The notes beneath the pieces are model-generated. The model was given only the letters and a program-made list of their open reading frames with translations. It searched no databases and was not told the origin of the DNA. A DNA stretch of 64,000 nucleotides, from NCBI GenBank assembly GCA_963736575.1, contig CAVTPD010000001.1:156941-220940 (forward strand). The letters are read 5' to 3'. Position 1 is the first letter of the stretch, and every line of letters begins with the position of its first letter. Origin of the DNA: an uncultured Cytophagales bacterium. GTDB lineage: Bacteria > Bacteroidota > Bacteroidia > Cytophagales > JAAEPT01. Position numbers and translations under genes: made by a program. Positions 37,008 through 48,776 of this stretch are shown in pieces.

Positions 37008-38730
37008 AGCAAAGCCGCAAAAACTATGCAGGCACCTTTGGACCCACCGTGGGCGATCAGGTGCGCCTGGCCGATACGGAGCTTTTCATCGAGGTCGAGC
37101 GCGACCTCGTCGCGGAAGGCGGAGGTTATGGAAACGAGGTGAAATTCGGTGGTGGCAAAGTGATCCGTGACGGCATGGCGCAATCGCCTCTCGCTCTTGA
37201 TGCCGATTCTCTCGATCTGGTTCTTACAAATGCCCTGATTCTGGATGCCGCCCACGGCGTGATCAAAGCGGATATCGGAATCAAAGGCGGTCGGATCGTC
37301 GGCGATGGGCCATGCGGGAAATCCGCTTCTTGCAGGACGGAATCACTATGACGATCGGCGCCGCGACCGAAGTCATCGCAGCGGAAGGTTGTATCGTCAC
37401 GGCAGGCGGAATCGACTCGCACATTCATTTCATCTGCCCGCAGCAGATCGAGCACGCGATGGCCAGCGGTGTGACGACCATGCTCGGCGGAGGCACCGGT
37501 CCCGCCCATGGCACTTACGCCACGACATGTACTCCTGGAAAATGGAACATTCACCGCATGCTGGAGGCGGCGGAAGCTTTCCCGATGAACCTTGGATTTC
37601 TCGGAAAAGGAAACTGCTCCACCACGAGCCTCTGCGCGAGCAGGTCCTTGCCGGCGCGATGGGTCTGAAGCTCCACGAGGACTGGGGCACCACTCCGGCG
37701 GCGATCGACTCCTGCCTGACTGTCGCCGACGAGCTTGATGTCCAGGTCGCGATCCATACGGACACTCTCAACGAAGCCGGCTTTCTGGAAAGTACGCTTC
37801 GATGCATTCAAAGGCCGGACAATTCACACGTATCATTCCGAAGGCGCGGGTGGCGGTCACGCGCCCGATATCATCAAGGTCTGCGGCGAGGCGAACGTCC
37901 TCCCATCCTCTACGAACCCGACTCGCCCGTTCACAACGAACACGATCGCCGAGCATCTCGACATGCTGATGGTCTGCCACCACCTTGATTCGCGTATCCC
38001 GGAGGATGTCGCGTTCGCGGAAAGCCGCATTCGTCCGGAAACGATTGCCGCAGAGGATTTGCTTCATGACATGGGTGCGATTTCCATGATGTCCAGCGAT
38101 AGCCAGGCGATGGGCCGGGTCGGTGAGGTCATCACCCGCACCTGGCAGACCGCGCACAAGATGAAGGTTCAGTTCGGGAAACTGGAAAGCGAGACCCACA
38201 CCGCCGCCGACAATTTTCGCGCTCTCCGCTATGTTTCGAAATATACGATCTGCCCTGCGACCACCCACGGCATCGCTCACGAAGTCGGCAGTCTGGAGGT
38301 CGGGAAACTCGCGGACATCGTCATCTGGAAGCCGGCGTTTTTCGGAGTGAAACCGGAAACGATCATCAAGGGAGGCTTCATCGCGTGGGCGAATATGGGA
38401 GACCCGAACGCATCCATTCCCGACTCCGCAGCCTACGATTTACCGCCCACAATTCGGAGCATTCGGCAGGTCCATTGCCACTACGTCGCTCACCTTCGTC
38501 AGTGCCGCCTCACTGGCATCGGGCGGCTTGGATTCCCTTGGTTTGCAAAAACGCCTTTCCGCCGTGAAACATTGCCGCACGGTCTCGAAGCGTGATCTGA
38601 TGTTTCAATGACGCGCTGCCGGATATCACCGTCGATCCCGAGACCTACACCGTCGTCGCCGATGGTCGCGAGTTGCGCTGCGAGCCGCTTTCCGACCCTG
38701 CCGATGGCGCAGCGATATTTTCTCTTCTGA
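37004..38730 (+). pseudogene. ureC: urease subunit alpha, about 6 frameshifts as sequenced
   Basis: Conserved blocks occur in order across changing frames: [55 protein letters not shown]. Removing one C of the CCC at 38696-38698 restores the C-terminus ...LSDLPMAQRYFLF*. Confidence 0.9.
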
Positions 38731-38732
38731 GC

Positions 38733-39163
38733 ATGCATCTGATCGAAAGGATGGTGGCACCGAAGTCCGAAAAGCCCCCGGAAAATAGGATCGAGCTGGC
38801 TGTTGAGAGGAGGAAGTTCTTAAAACGAAGGTGGCGTGGGACTGCCGCGGATGGGACGGATTTCGGATTCGATCTTGAGAGTCGTCTTACCGATTGCTGC
38901 GTGATTTTTCAAGAAGGGGAACATCGATTACATCGTCAGGCAGCTTACCCGAGAAAGTTTATGAGATTTCGTTTTCGACCCCGGCGGAAGGTGCGTTGAT
39001 CGGTTGGAAGGTAGGAAATCTCCATCTTCCCGCGCAGGTGATGGACGGGTCGCTCCGAGTGCTTCATGACGATGCGATGAAGCAGCTTGCCGAACGGGAG
39101 GGATGGGATTTTTCCGAGCCTGAGGTCCTGTTTACTCCGATGAAAGCGATCGCACATACATGA
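38733..39163 (+). pseudogene. ureE: urease accessory protein UreE, frameshifted as sequenced
   Basis: Position after ureC. The N-terminal part is in ORF 38673-38999 (from MHLIERM) and the C-terminal part is in ORF 38894-39163 (GWKVGNLHLPAQV...). Confidence 0.65.
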
Positions 39164-39828
39164 CCGCGGCCGATCCGTTGCTATGGCTTCTGCAGTCGAA
39201 CGACACCGGCTACCCGTCAGGTGGCTATGCCCATTCCTATGGCTTGGAAGAGCTTGTTCGCGTGGGCGTCGTCAAAGATCCGGAAAGCCTTGAGCGTTTT
39301 TGACGAAGCAGGTCGTCCCGGCGCTTCTGAGATTCGAACTTCCTTTTTCAAAAAAGCGCATGCTGCGGCAGCCTTGGAAAAGGATCCGGCTTCTTGCGGG
39401 AAATCGATTCGGAGCTGGACGCATGGCGGATCGCCCCGGAACTTCGCGATGCGAGCCGCCGGGTCGGCTCCCAAAGGCTGGCGCTGATGTGCGAACTGGA
39501 TAGGTCGGAATTAGTGAGCGATTTCAGAAAAACAAATTCCCGCGCGCACCATCTGGTCGTGACGGCCATCGAACTGCGAACGGTTCCATCATGCGATGCC
39601 GCGCGGGCCTTTGCCTACCAGGCGGTTGTCGCAGGAACCTCAGCCTCGATGAAGCTCATGCGGATTGGCCAGATCGCCTGTCAGTCCATACTCCATCGCG
39701 TCCTCTCAAGCCTGGGCAGCGAAGTGAACGCATCGCTTGAGGAAAGTCCGGACGGATTTTTTAATCCGCTTTTGGAGATCGCTTCGCTAAAGCATGCTTA
39801 TTCCCATGAACGACTCTTCATCTCCTGA
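39160..39828 (+). pseudogene. ureF: urease accessory protein UreF, about 3 frameshifts as sequenced
   Basis: MTAADPLLWLLQSNDTGYPSGGYAHSYGLEELV (own translation from the ATG at 39160), continuing through ORFs 39300-39503 and 39221-39487 to 39394-39828. The frame order is 0,2,1,0. Confidence 0.7.
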
Positions 39829-40439
39829 GATCAAGAAAGCGCCCCTTCCGATTGGGCGTGGGCGGGCCTGTTGGCTCTGGTAAAACCATGTGCGTCCTGC
39901 GCCTTAGCCAATGGCTCAAAGAAGAAGTCTCCCTCGCTGTGATCACCAACGACATCTACACCCGCGAGGATGCGGAGTTTCTCCTCCGCGCAAACGTCCT
40001 TCCGGCAGACCGTGTGATCGGTGTCGAAACCGGCGGCTGCCCGCACACCGCGATCCGGGACGATACGAGCATGAACATGGCTGCGGTCTCCGATCTTGAG
40101 GAACGCCATCCGGATTTGGAACTTATCCTCATCGAAAGCGGTGGAGACAATCTTTCGGCGACCTTTTCCCCGGAACTGGTCGATGCGTATATCTACGTGA
40201 TCGATGTGGCGGAGGGTGACAAGATCCCACGCAAAGGCGGTCCTGCCATCCGCACCAGCGATCTACTCCTTATCAACAAGATCGAGCTGGCTCCCTACGT
40301 TGGCGCGGATCTCGATGTGATGGCGCGGGATTCCAAGACTCAACGGGGTGAAAGGCCAGTCGTGTTTGCGGATCTGAAATCCGAGAAAGGTAAGGAGGAA
40401 CTGCTTGCCTGGCTGAAGCACGAATACCTCTTCGTCTGA
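39806..40439 (+). pseudogene. ureG: urease accessory GTPase UreG, one frameshift as sequenced
   Basis: P-loop [11 protein letters not shown], then ESGGDNL and NKIEL motifs. Removing one G of the GGG at 39854-39856 joins the N-terminus [16 protein letters not shown] to [11 protein letters not shown]. Length is 3n+1. Confidence 0.9.
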
Positions 40440-41278
40440 TGGCGATGATGACGGGAAACTCCCTGAGCGGGCACCTGCGGCTGCGCTGCGATTCGAGGCC
40501 TGATGGGACTCCCTTCCTCTCCGACCAAAGTTTCCAGGCTCCCATTCACCTGAGTAAGGCGCATCTGTCCGATGATGGGAAAATGCTCGTTGTCACGATC
40601 GTAAATCCAACGGCCGGATTTTTCGATGGGGATCAGATTGAAAGCGTGGTCACGGTTGGACAAAGGTGCGTCGCTCGTTCTTAGCACCCCCAGCTCCTCC
40701 CGGCGTCTTTCGCACGCGATCGGGGAAAGAAGCGGCGTGCGGACAGAAATTTTTCATTGCGGCGGGCGGCTTCCTCGAGTGGATTCCAGAGGCATTTATT
40801 CCGCACGAGGGTGCCAGGTATGTGCAGAGGACAGAGGTGGATTTGGAACCCGGGGCCGGACTTCTATTCATCGACTGGATTTCACCCGGACGGGTGGCAA
40901 GGGGAGAGATTTTCCAATACGAAAATCTCCGCTGGGAGTTTGACTTGAGGATGGGTGATAAACTTCTCGCGCGTGAACGTTACGATATGTCAGGTGATGG
41001 ACTAGAGGGAGTCACCGCTATGTTTGAAGCGGGGCACTATGTGTCCGATCTATCTCTCTGGAGCGATGCTCGATAACTTCCCGTCTTCCGAAGTGGATGC
41101 TCTTGGAAACGAAGATGTATACCTTGGCCACGGCCTTCTCGAAGGGAGTGAAGCCATGGTCATTCGAGCTATATGTAAAGATAGCCTCGCCGCGCGTAGA
41201 TTCATTGAGAAGATTCGCCTCATTATCTATGAGGCTGCCGAGATGGGTGTCCCGCGTATAGGGCGGATATTCATGTGA
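40439..41278 (+). pseudogene. ureD: urease accessory protein UreD/UreH, about 3 frameshifts as sequenced
   Basis: Last gene of the cluster. Fragments are in ORFs 40439-40684, 40626-40943, 40666-41076 and 41024-41278. Assignment is by position and by the pattern (VVTIVNPTAGFFDGD, LEWIPE). Confidence 0.65.
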
Positions 41279-41329
41279 AGCGTCGCCCTGATTAAGGCTA
41301 CTTCATCCCAAAAAGCCGCGAGGCGATTT

Positions 41330-42277
41330 TTAGAATTCGCTCCGGTAAAATTCGCTTCCAACAGGCATGAACGTGTAAGGGGATGACGGCTGGGGCATCA
41401 GGGTGCTCCACGAAGTCAGGCTGTCGCTGACTCTTAAAATTCCGATGAATTCGACAGTGACGCTCCCGTCAGTGTTGGCCGCTATCGAGCACTCCGGGTC
41501 TGGCTTTGGATTCAGGTCGACCTTGGTGAACCGGCTGATTTCGGCGTTAACTAGAATATCCACTTCGGATGGCATTCGGCGAACCCCATCGCTGCGCGAA
41601 GATCTCAATAGCGCGCGTTGATAGAAAGCGCCGTCCAAATGCGCTGTTGTGTCATCGATCACCACCGTGGTGCCTGCGAAGGGGAGCGGCGATCGAATTA
41701 CAATCGGGCGGGTCATTCCCTCGGTGTTGCTTCCGGCAAGCGCACGGAAGGCGTCGTTTGCCGAGGCGAGACCAAGAGCATGACCGATTTCGTGAATTGC
41801 GGTGGAAAGCAGGTCACGGTTTCCAGCGGCACCGAATCCATTTGTATATTCACGTCCCACATTCATTCCGCCGTCCGTATACTCATTATAGGTGGGATAC
41901 TCGCTTGATTCCCATGGAGTTGGATCAAGAAACCAACCTCGATCGGAATCGAAGGCGATCGCTGCAGCGGTTTGCCGATGGGGTATGCCGCCCTCCGAGA
42001 CAAGACGATGGCTAGCAGTCGTCGAACCGGAGCGGAGAAACCAACCGTAATCGATATCGAGAGTGTGTTCATCCTGAATGGCGCTCTCCCAGATCGCGGC
42101 GGCCATCCGCATGATGATTGCAAAGTCTCCTCCACCTTGGTTCGTTCGCGGAGCTTCGTCCGCAATTCCAAAAGTGCCAAGTTGCTGGCCAGGCGGAACA
42201 TAGTGGAGATTGATAGTAAGAGCGGAGACCGAAGCCGATCCGATTACGAGCAACAGTATGGCTGGGATTATTTTCAT
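41330..42277 (-). CDS. secreted zinc metalloprotease (HExxH, metzincin-like)
   Basis: Signal peptide from the Met at 42277 (MKIIPAILLLVIGSASVSA) and zinc motif AIHEIGHALG. Confidence 0.65.
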   Translation of the reverse strand: MKIIPAILLLVIGSASVSALTINLHYVPPGQQLGTFGIADEAPRTNQGGGDFAIIMRMAAAIWESAIQDEHTLDIDYGWFLRSGSTTASHRLVSEGGIPHRQTAAAIAFDSDRGWFLDPTPWESSEYPTYNEYTDGGMNVGREYTNGFGAAGNRDLLSTAIHEIGHALGLASANDAFRALAGSNTEGMTRPIVIRSPLPFAGTTVVIDDTTAHLDGAFYQRALLRSSRSDGVRRMPSEVDILVNAEISRFTKVDLNPKPDPECSIAANTDGSVTVEFIGILRVSDSLTSWSTLMPQPSSPYTFMPVGSEFYRSEF

Positions 42278-42474
42278 AATACGATGTCCCGTAGATAGTT
42301 GATCTGATCGCGGCTGCATGTCACCGGACATGTTTTCCGAACTGAAAGTTCAATTCGTAAGTTGAGAGCCATCCCCGACAGAGTCGAGGCCATTTTATCA
42401 AGGTTGCCTCAGGAAGGAGGCCGTAAGCAAATGGCAGTTGATAAGCAGGGGTGAAAAGGTTCTCCTTACCTCGG

Positions 42475-42837
42475 ATGAAAATCATTCTTCTTTCAGTCGT
42501 CATTGGTCTGGTCGCAGGTTTGCTCGGAGCTCTCTGTGGCGTTGGCGGGGGCATCGTGCTCGTTCCAGCGTTCGTCACCTTTCTTGGTTTTGAGCAGAAG
42601 CAGGCGGTGGCCACATCTTTGGCCGTCATTATCGTGACGGCTGTAGCCTCGACCTTGAACAATGCGCGGGCCGGAAATCTGATTGATTGGAAGATTGTTA
42701 CGGCGGTTGGAATTGCATCGGCAGTCACCGCGTGGTTCGGCAGCGATCTGATGCGCTCCCTGTCCAATCAGGCGCTGACTAGGACCTTTGGCGTGGTTCT
42801 GGTGCTATTCGGAGCAAGGATGCTGATCAGAGGCTAG
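42475..42837 (+). CDS. TauE/SafE (TSUP) family membrane protein, half-size
   Basis: MKIILLSVVIGLVAGLLGALCGVGGGIVLVPAF... is typical of the sulfite-exporter TauE/SafE family. It is only about 120 aa, i.e. one 4-TM half. Confidence 0.55.
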   Translation: MKIILLSVVIGLVAGLLGALCGVGGGIVLVPAFVTFLGFEQKQAVATSLAVIIVTAVASTLNNARAGNLIDWKIVTAVGIASAVTAWFGSDLMRSLSNQALTRTFGVVLVLFGARMLIRG

Positions 42838-42882
42838 GTTAGGCACTTGCGTATCGACAAAGGAGAGTGATGTTTCGCGGCC

Positions 42883-43338
42883 ATGGTTCATACGCTATTC
42901 CAGGAACAGTTACTCCCGATAAAGCTTCAGGAAGCATGGAACTTTTTTTCCACGCCAAGAAATCTGGACGAGATCACACCTGATGAACTTGGGTTCAAAA
43001 TCGTTTATCAGCCGGGGGAGAAAATGTATGAGGGGCAGATCATCGAATACAAGGTCATGGTCGCGCCGGGAATCTGGGTTCCGTGGGTCACCGAAATCAA
43101 ATGCGTGGATGATGGCAGGTCGTTCATAGACGAGCAACGCTTCGGCCCCTACAAATTCTGGCACCACCTCCACACATTCGAGGAAAAGGACGGCGGCGTC
43201 CTCATGAAAGACCTCGTCCACTACGCCCTGCCACTTTACCCCTTCGGGGAAATCGCCCACGGGATTTTTGTAAGGCCTAAGCTGGAGAGGATTTTTGAGT
43301 TCCGGAGAGAGGTTCTGGAGAAACGTTTTGGGAAGTAG
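42883..43338 (+). CDS. SRPBCC family protein
   Basis: 151-aa ORF. The pattern W..FS.P.NL..ITP...F...GP..FWHH.H.F fits the SRPBCC/START-like superfamily. Confidence 0.7.
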   Translation: MVHTLFQEQLLPIKLQEAWNFFSTPRNLDEITPDELGFKIVYQPGEKMYEGQIIEYKVMVAPGIWVPWVTEIKCVDDGRSFIDEQRFGPYKFWHHLHTFEEKDGGVLMKDLVHYALPLYPFGEIAHGIFVRPKLERIFEFRREVLEKRFGK

Positions 43339-43421
43339 CCATTTAGCGATTTAACCGGGGTGCCGTCGCATCGCTGCCGGCGATAAGCTTGAATTCGATC
43401 GGACGGCTTCTCTATCCGGGA

Positions 43422-43724
43422 CTATTCTCCGGTATCTCTCATGGCCCCTGAGTATCTGAGAATCTGTACAATGGCCACCAGACCTAAAAGAATCCATCCG
43501 AAAACACGGATGTCTTTCTGCGCGGTTCTCCAAGGAAGCGAGCCTCCCAGTTTGTCCGAATACCAAATGAGCGCTGTGATAAGTATGATACCAGGTACAA
43601 GTCGAAGCCAGAATCTGATACTTCCTTCCGTAAATCCAATCCCAAGAACAGCGACCATAATAAGAAAAGACAGAAGCTTGTTGATCTTGTCGCCCCGGGT
43701 GACCGCATAGTCAGCTTCTTTCAT
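43422..43724 (-). CDS. small membrane protein (hypothetical)
   Basis: 100-aa ORF with three predicted TM helices. No family recognised. Confidence 0.4.
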   Translation of the reverse strand: MKEADYAVTRGDKINKLLSFLIMVAVLGIGFTEGSIRFWLRLVPGIILITALIWYSDKLGGSLPWRTAQKDIRVFGWILLGLVAIVQILRYSGAMRDTGE

Positions 43725-43762
43725 TTCTCTAAGACCATTGTTGAGTTGGTGAGCCGGAAAGA

Positions 43763-45028
43763 TCAGGCCTTGGTCTGGCCTTTTCCGCGGACGCGGTACT
43801 GGTAGCTGGTGAGCTCGCGGAGACCCATCGGGCCGCGGGCGTGGAGCTTGTCGGTGGAGATGCCGATCTCGGCGCCGAAGCCGAATTCGCCGCCGTCGGC
43901 GAAGCGGGTGGAGACGTTGTGCATGACGCAGGCGGAATCGACGGCGTGGAGGAATTTTTCCGCCTCGGCATCGTCGGTGGTGACGATGCAGTCGGTGTGG
44001 TGGGAGCCGTAGGTGTTGATGTGGGAGATGGCGGCTTCCATGTCAGGGACGATTTTGATGGAGAGGATTTTCTCGAGATACTCGGTGGACCAGTCTTCCT
44101 CGGTGGCGGGGATGAGATCGGGGAGGATGGCGAGGCTTTCGGCGCAGCCGCGCAGCTCGACTTCTTTGGCGCGGAGGGCGGCGGCGACTTTGGGGAGAAA
44201 TTCCGCGGCGATGGATTCCTGGATGAGGAGGGTTTCGAGGGCGTTGCAGACGCCGGGCTTCTGGGTTTTGGAATCGACGGTGAGTTTCGACGGCCATTTC
44301 CAGGTCGGCTTTTTCGGAGACGTAGATGTGGCAGATGCCGTCGTAGTGCTTGATGACGGGCATGCGGGCGAGGGAGACGACGGTCTCGATGAGGCCTTTC
44401 CCGCCGCGCGGGATGATGAGGTCGAGCCATTGGTCCATGCCTGCCATGGCGGCGACGGATTTCGCGGTCGGTGAAGGGGATGAGCTGGATGGCGTGCTCG
44501 GGAAGGCCGGCTTTTTTCCCGCCGGCATCGAGGGCGGCGGCGATGGCGCGGTTCGAGTGGATGGCCTCGGAGCCGCCGCGCAGAATGGTGGCGTTGCCGG
44601 TTTTAAAACAAAGGGCGGCGGCGTCGGCGGTGACGTTGGGGCGGCTTTCGTAGATGATGCCGATGGTGCCGATGGGGACGCGGACTTGCTCGATGCGGAT
44701 GCCGTTGGGGCGGTCCCAGTCATCGAGGACCTGGCCGACCGGATCGGGAAGGGTGGCGACGTGTTCCAGGGCGGCGGCGATGGCTTCGAGTCGCGCCTCG
44801 TCGAGCCGCAGGCGGTCGAGCATGGCGGTGGAGAGGCCTTTTGCTTCGCCGGCGAGGATGTCCTTGTAGTTTTCGGAGATGATTTCCGCGGAGGCGTCGC
44901 GGAGACCCTTGCGCCATGGCGACGAGAATGGCGTTCTTCTTTTCCGTGGTGAGCTGGGACAGGCGATGGGCGGCGGCACGTGCCTGGCTGCCCATTTCGT
45001 GGATCTGTTCGGTGATGGAATCGGACAT
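43763..45028 (-). pseudogene. proA: glutamate-5-semialdehyde dehydrogenase, at least 3-4 frameshifts as sequenced
   Basis: N-terminus [23 protein letters not shown] (ORF 44720-45028). The middle, [39 protein letters not shown], is in the frame of ORF 43729-44979. The C-terminus, [15 protein letters not shown]...[11 protein letters not shown], is in ORF 43763-44041. The span is 1266 nt, or 422 codons. Confidence 0.9.
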
Positions 45029-45034
45029 GCGGAT

Positions 45035-45805
45035 TCAGGATCTTCGGGATGAATTTTGTGGAGATGCCTTTGCCTTCCACGATGTCAACGAGACGGCGGG
45101 GAAAGCGACCGTTGGCGATGTGGGTTTCTATGCCCTCGCTCGACTGCGAATTTCACCGCTTGCCAGCTTCGAGGCCATGCCGCCCATGGAAAATTTTCCC
45201 TTGTCGTCGCGGACATGCTGGAAGACCTCGATCGATATCGCCGACTTCAGGGATCAATCTCGTTGGTTTCCGGATCGAGAAGGCCATCGACGCTGGTGAG
45301 TAGGATCACGCGTTTCGCTTTGATAAGCTTTGCGACACGGACGCAAAGCATGTCGTTATCGCCGAAGTTCAGTTCGCGGATCGCGACGGTGTCGTTTTCG
45401 TTGATGATGGGAATGATACGCGGTTCATCGAGCAGGCGGGTGATGGTGTTGGTGATGTAGCCGGCGCGCTTGGGAGTATTGATGTCGCCGGCGGTGAGAA
45501 GGATCTGTGCGACGGAGATGTCGAAATTGCCGAAGAGAGAGGTGTAGGTGCGCATCAGCCTGGCCTGTCCGACGGCAGCGCATGCCTGGCGGGTGACGAT
45601 ATCCGCTGGGATATTCCGTCAGACCCATGGCGGAAACGCCGGAACCGACAGCTCCTGAGGAAACGAACAGGCAGCGGTGGCCGGCGTTCATGAGATCCGA
45701 GATGGCGGATACGAGATGGACGAGTGCGGCGCGGTCGATGGTGCCGTCCGCGGTGCGGGTGAGGACGCCGGTGCCGGCTTTGATAAGGGTGAGGTCTGAG
45801 AGCAT
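45035..45805 (-). pseudogene. proB: glutamate 5-kinase (short form without PUA domain), several frameshifts as sequenced
   Basis: MLSDLTLIKAGTGVLT...LFVSSGAVGSG (frame of ORF 45425-45853), then IPIINENDTVAIRELNFGDNDML (ORF 45247-45555), then the tail ...[10 protein letters not shown]. The TGA at 45037-45035 lies 6 nt before the proA ATG. The span is 771 nt. Confidence 0.85.
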
Positions 45806-45928
45806 TTGCGTTGCGGGGGGAGGATGGATACACGGCTGGGCGAGACTTGCCAATGCAAAGCTTGGCCGGGGAAGTTCGCCTTGCGGAAGGAGGGGGCGCT
45901 GCCTATAAGCGCGCCTCTTTCACGAAAC

Positions 45929-47606
45929 ATGAAATCCACGATCCTGCTCCTTCTCGCGATCATTGTTTCCTTCATCGCACCAGTCTCAGCCGCTGGAGGC
46001 TCACGGCCCGGAACCCGCCTATCCCGGAGCTGTCCGATGGCAGCACCCAGTACGCGGCTTTCCCGAAGCCGAAGGAAACATACAGCCAGGCCGAGGGCGG
46101 ATTGATCGAAACGCTCGAAATCCAGAGCTGCGGAGGATCCTTTCAATATCGCGGCGACCGTTATTTTCCTTCTGGCGATCTGCCACACCTTCGCCGCAGC
46201 CAGCTCGAACAAGCTGGCGCACCACTACGAGCACGTCCATGAGGAGAACTCTGAGCACGCGCGGGTCCCCGCGACAAGGAGCATCCGGACGGCGAGCCGG
46301 AGGTTTCTTTCCGGGCGACGATGTTCCATTTCCTCGGCGAGGTGGAGGCGATTTTCGGGATCTGGGTTATCGCGCTGGCGGCAGCCGCTTCTTATTTCTA
46401 TAGTTGGCATGACTTCGAGGTCTATCTGAACAAGGACAAGGTCTTCACCGAGCCACTCTTCGTGGTGGTAATCATGGCGATCGCCGCCAGCCGTCCGGTC
46501 CTGCGTTTCGCCGAGGGAGTGATGGGTCTTGTGGCTTCCTTGGGAAAAGGACACGCCGGCCGCGTGGTGGCTGAGCGTGCTCATCGTTGCGCCGATTCTT
46601 GGATCGTTCATCACCGAGCCGGCCGCGATGACGATCGCCGCCATGTTGCTTGCGAAAAAATTCTACCGTTTGAATCCGGAGCCGCTGCTCGCCTACGGGA
46701 CGATCGGGTTGCTTTTCGTGAACATTTCCGTTGGCGGCACGCTGACCCATTTCGCCGCGCCCCCGGTCCTGATGGTTGCCTCGACGTGGGATTGGGGAAC
46801 CCTTTTCATGCTCGAGCATTTCGGCTGGAAAGCGGTCGTTGGCGTCATCATTTCGAGCTCGCTGTACTTCCTTTTCTTTCAGCAAGGCACTGTTCCGCAT
46901 TGCCGACATGGCGGACGGAGTCGAGGACGGCCAGCTCAACCCGAAGTCCTGGCAGGAGCGCGAAACGCCGATTCCCGCCTGGGTCACCGGCACGCACCTC
47001 GGTTTCCTGGCGTGGACTGTTTATACGGCACACTACCCGGTCCTGTTCGTCGGCGGCTTCCTGTTTTTCCTCGCCTTCGTAATGGCCACCCGCCACCACC
47101 AGAACGCGGTGAATATGAAAAGCCCGATGCTTGTCGGATTCTTCCTCGCGGGACTCGTGATCCACGGCGGCGTGCAGGGATGGTGGATCGCTCCGATCAT
47201 CCAGACGCTTCCGGACCAGGCGCTCATGCTCGGCGCGACCATCCTGACCGCATTCAACGACAATGCGGCGATCACCTACCTGGCCTCCCAGGTGGACGGG
47301 ATTTCCTTCAGCGCAAAGCACGCGGTTGTTGCCGGTGCGGTGACCGGTGGCGGTCTGACGGTGATTGCGAACGCTCCGAATCCGGCCGGGCAAAGCATCC
47401 TTTCGAAATACTTCGAAGGTGGTGTTTCTCCGCTCAAACTGTTCCTCGGCGCTCTGATCCCGACCATCATCGTTTATCTCTGCTTCGTGATTCTTCCAGA
47501 CGGTCCTGCTCCGGAAAATGTAATCAAGCATGGAGGAATGGAGCAACAGAGGAGGCCGAAGCACGGCCCGAAGGCACTGGGGACATTCCCGAGGCTCCGG
47601 ACGTAG
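45929..47606 (+). pseudogene. polytopic membrane protein resembling the putative Na+/H+ antiporter (DUF1504-type) family, several frameshifts as sequenced
   Basis: Signal/TM start MKSTILLLLAIIVSFIAPVSA at 45929. Hydrophobic segments are spread over ORFs 46321-47082, 46529-47611 and 46776-47606 (e.g. FHFLGEVEAIFGIWVIALAA, LGSFITEPAAMTIAAMLLA, NDNAAITYLA). Family recall is uncertain and the end is approximate. Confidence 0.45.
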
Positions 47607-47655
47607 ATTGAACGTTTGACAATGCTCCACAGCCAGACTTCGGCAAAAGATCCTT

Positions 47656-48776
47656 TTAGTCCGAACGTATTCTCCAGACTTCGCAGATCTGATTGCGCTC
47701 CGGGAATGCTGCTGCTGAAGCGGTCCGTCTGTCCGATGATAAACGGCCTGCACCCGTCTGTCCCGGGCGTTTGCGGCTAGCAAAATACTCGGCAGCGGCG
47801 GTGGCTCGGTCGGATGAGAGCGTTTGATTTGCGGCCGGATCTCCCGTTTCGGAGGCATACCCGACAATGAACGTCAGATCGCCATCCGGCACGTCATCCT
47901 CCGCGATGTGCCGGATCTGCGCCATATCCTCTTCGGAGAGCTCGCTGGATCCTGTTGCGAAATCCAGGGTGTGAAGAACGTTGGCTCCCGAGATCCACGC
48001 CGATCTTGCTGTATTCGGTCGTGTTAGTCGGAGTCCTTGTTGCCCTCCAGTTTTCTGAGCCTTCGGAAAAGTTCCACGGCTGCAGGCAGCAGATCATCCT
48101 CCGATTTCGCGAAAAGATTCATCCGGCCCATTTCAGCCTCCAGCTCCTTGACGCGGTTTTCGAAAAATTCCTTCGAGCGCAGCATCTCTTCGAACCGTCG
48201 CTCCAGATCGGCAAATTCCTCGCCGCTTACCGCATTGCTCATTTCGGCGAGCCGTTCCCTCGCCCGTGGCAAGTTCTTCGGACAAAGCTTCTGCCATCGC
48301 TCGGCTGTCCGTCGAGCAGCTTTCTGAGACTGTCCGCCTCCGAGCCGCCTATGAGCGCACGTTGATATTCGGAATTGAGGCGGGTGTTTTCCGAAATCAG
48401 ATCCTGCCGGACTTTCTCAAGTCGAAGCAGGTCGGCGTTCCGGGTGGAAATTTCCGCATCCTTTTCGCCGAGCATTTGCTGAAAACGGCCGGCGAGGGCG
48501 ACGAGCGTGTCGGCATCTTCTTTCAGACGGTCGGCGATGTCGTCGATCGGTTCGGTCCCGTTGTCCAGATGGCGGGAGTCCCATCGCCATGCGCTGACGG
48601 TTGAGTTCCATCTCGCCGGCTTTTACATCCGCCCTCAGTGCGGCAAGTGCGGGATCATCCTCTCTCGGATTCCAGCATCGGAGCTTTTATTCGTCGATCC
48701 GCGCCTGCATGTTCACCGCTACAAGCACCACGACCATCACCAGAATCATGAAAAGCAGAAAGACGACGGGATTCAT
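47656..48776 (-). pseudogene. OmpA/MotB-like peptidoglycan-binding protein with TM anchor and coiled coil, several frameshifts as sequenced
   Basis: ATG at 48776 (MNPVVFLLFMILVMVVVLVAV). Coiled-coil fragments are in ORFs 48239-48475 and 48024-48272. An OmpA-like C-terminus (IVGYASETGDPAANQTLSSDRATAAAEYF...ERNQICEVWRIR) is in ORF 47656-47925. Confidence 0.6.

Noticed and set aside
36392-41278. Reading the shattered urease operon (and the other broken genes) as confidently real pseudogenes or genome reduction
   Set aside because: Nearly all reconstructed lesions are single-base homopolymer length changes. The encoded proteins keep their catalytic motifs and I saw no nonsense substitutions. Normally indispensable genes (tsaD, clpX, tig) are hit in the same way. 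I keep real decay only as an alternative until reads are checked.
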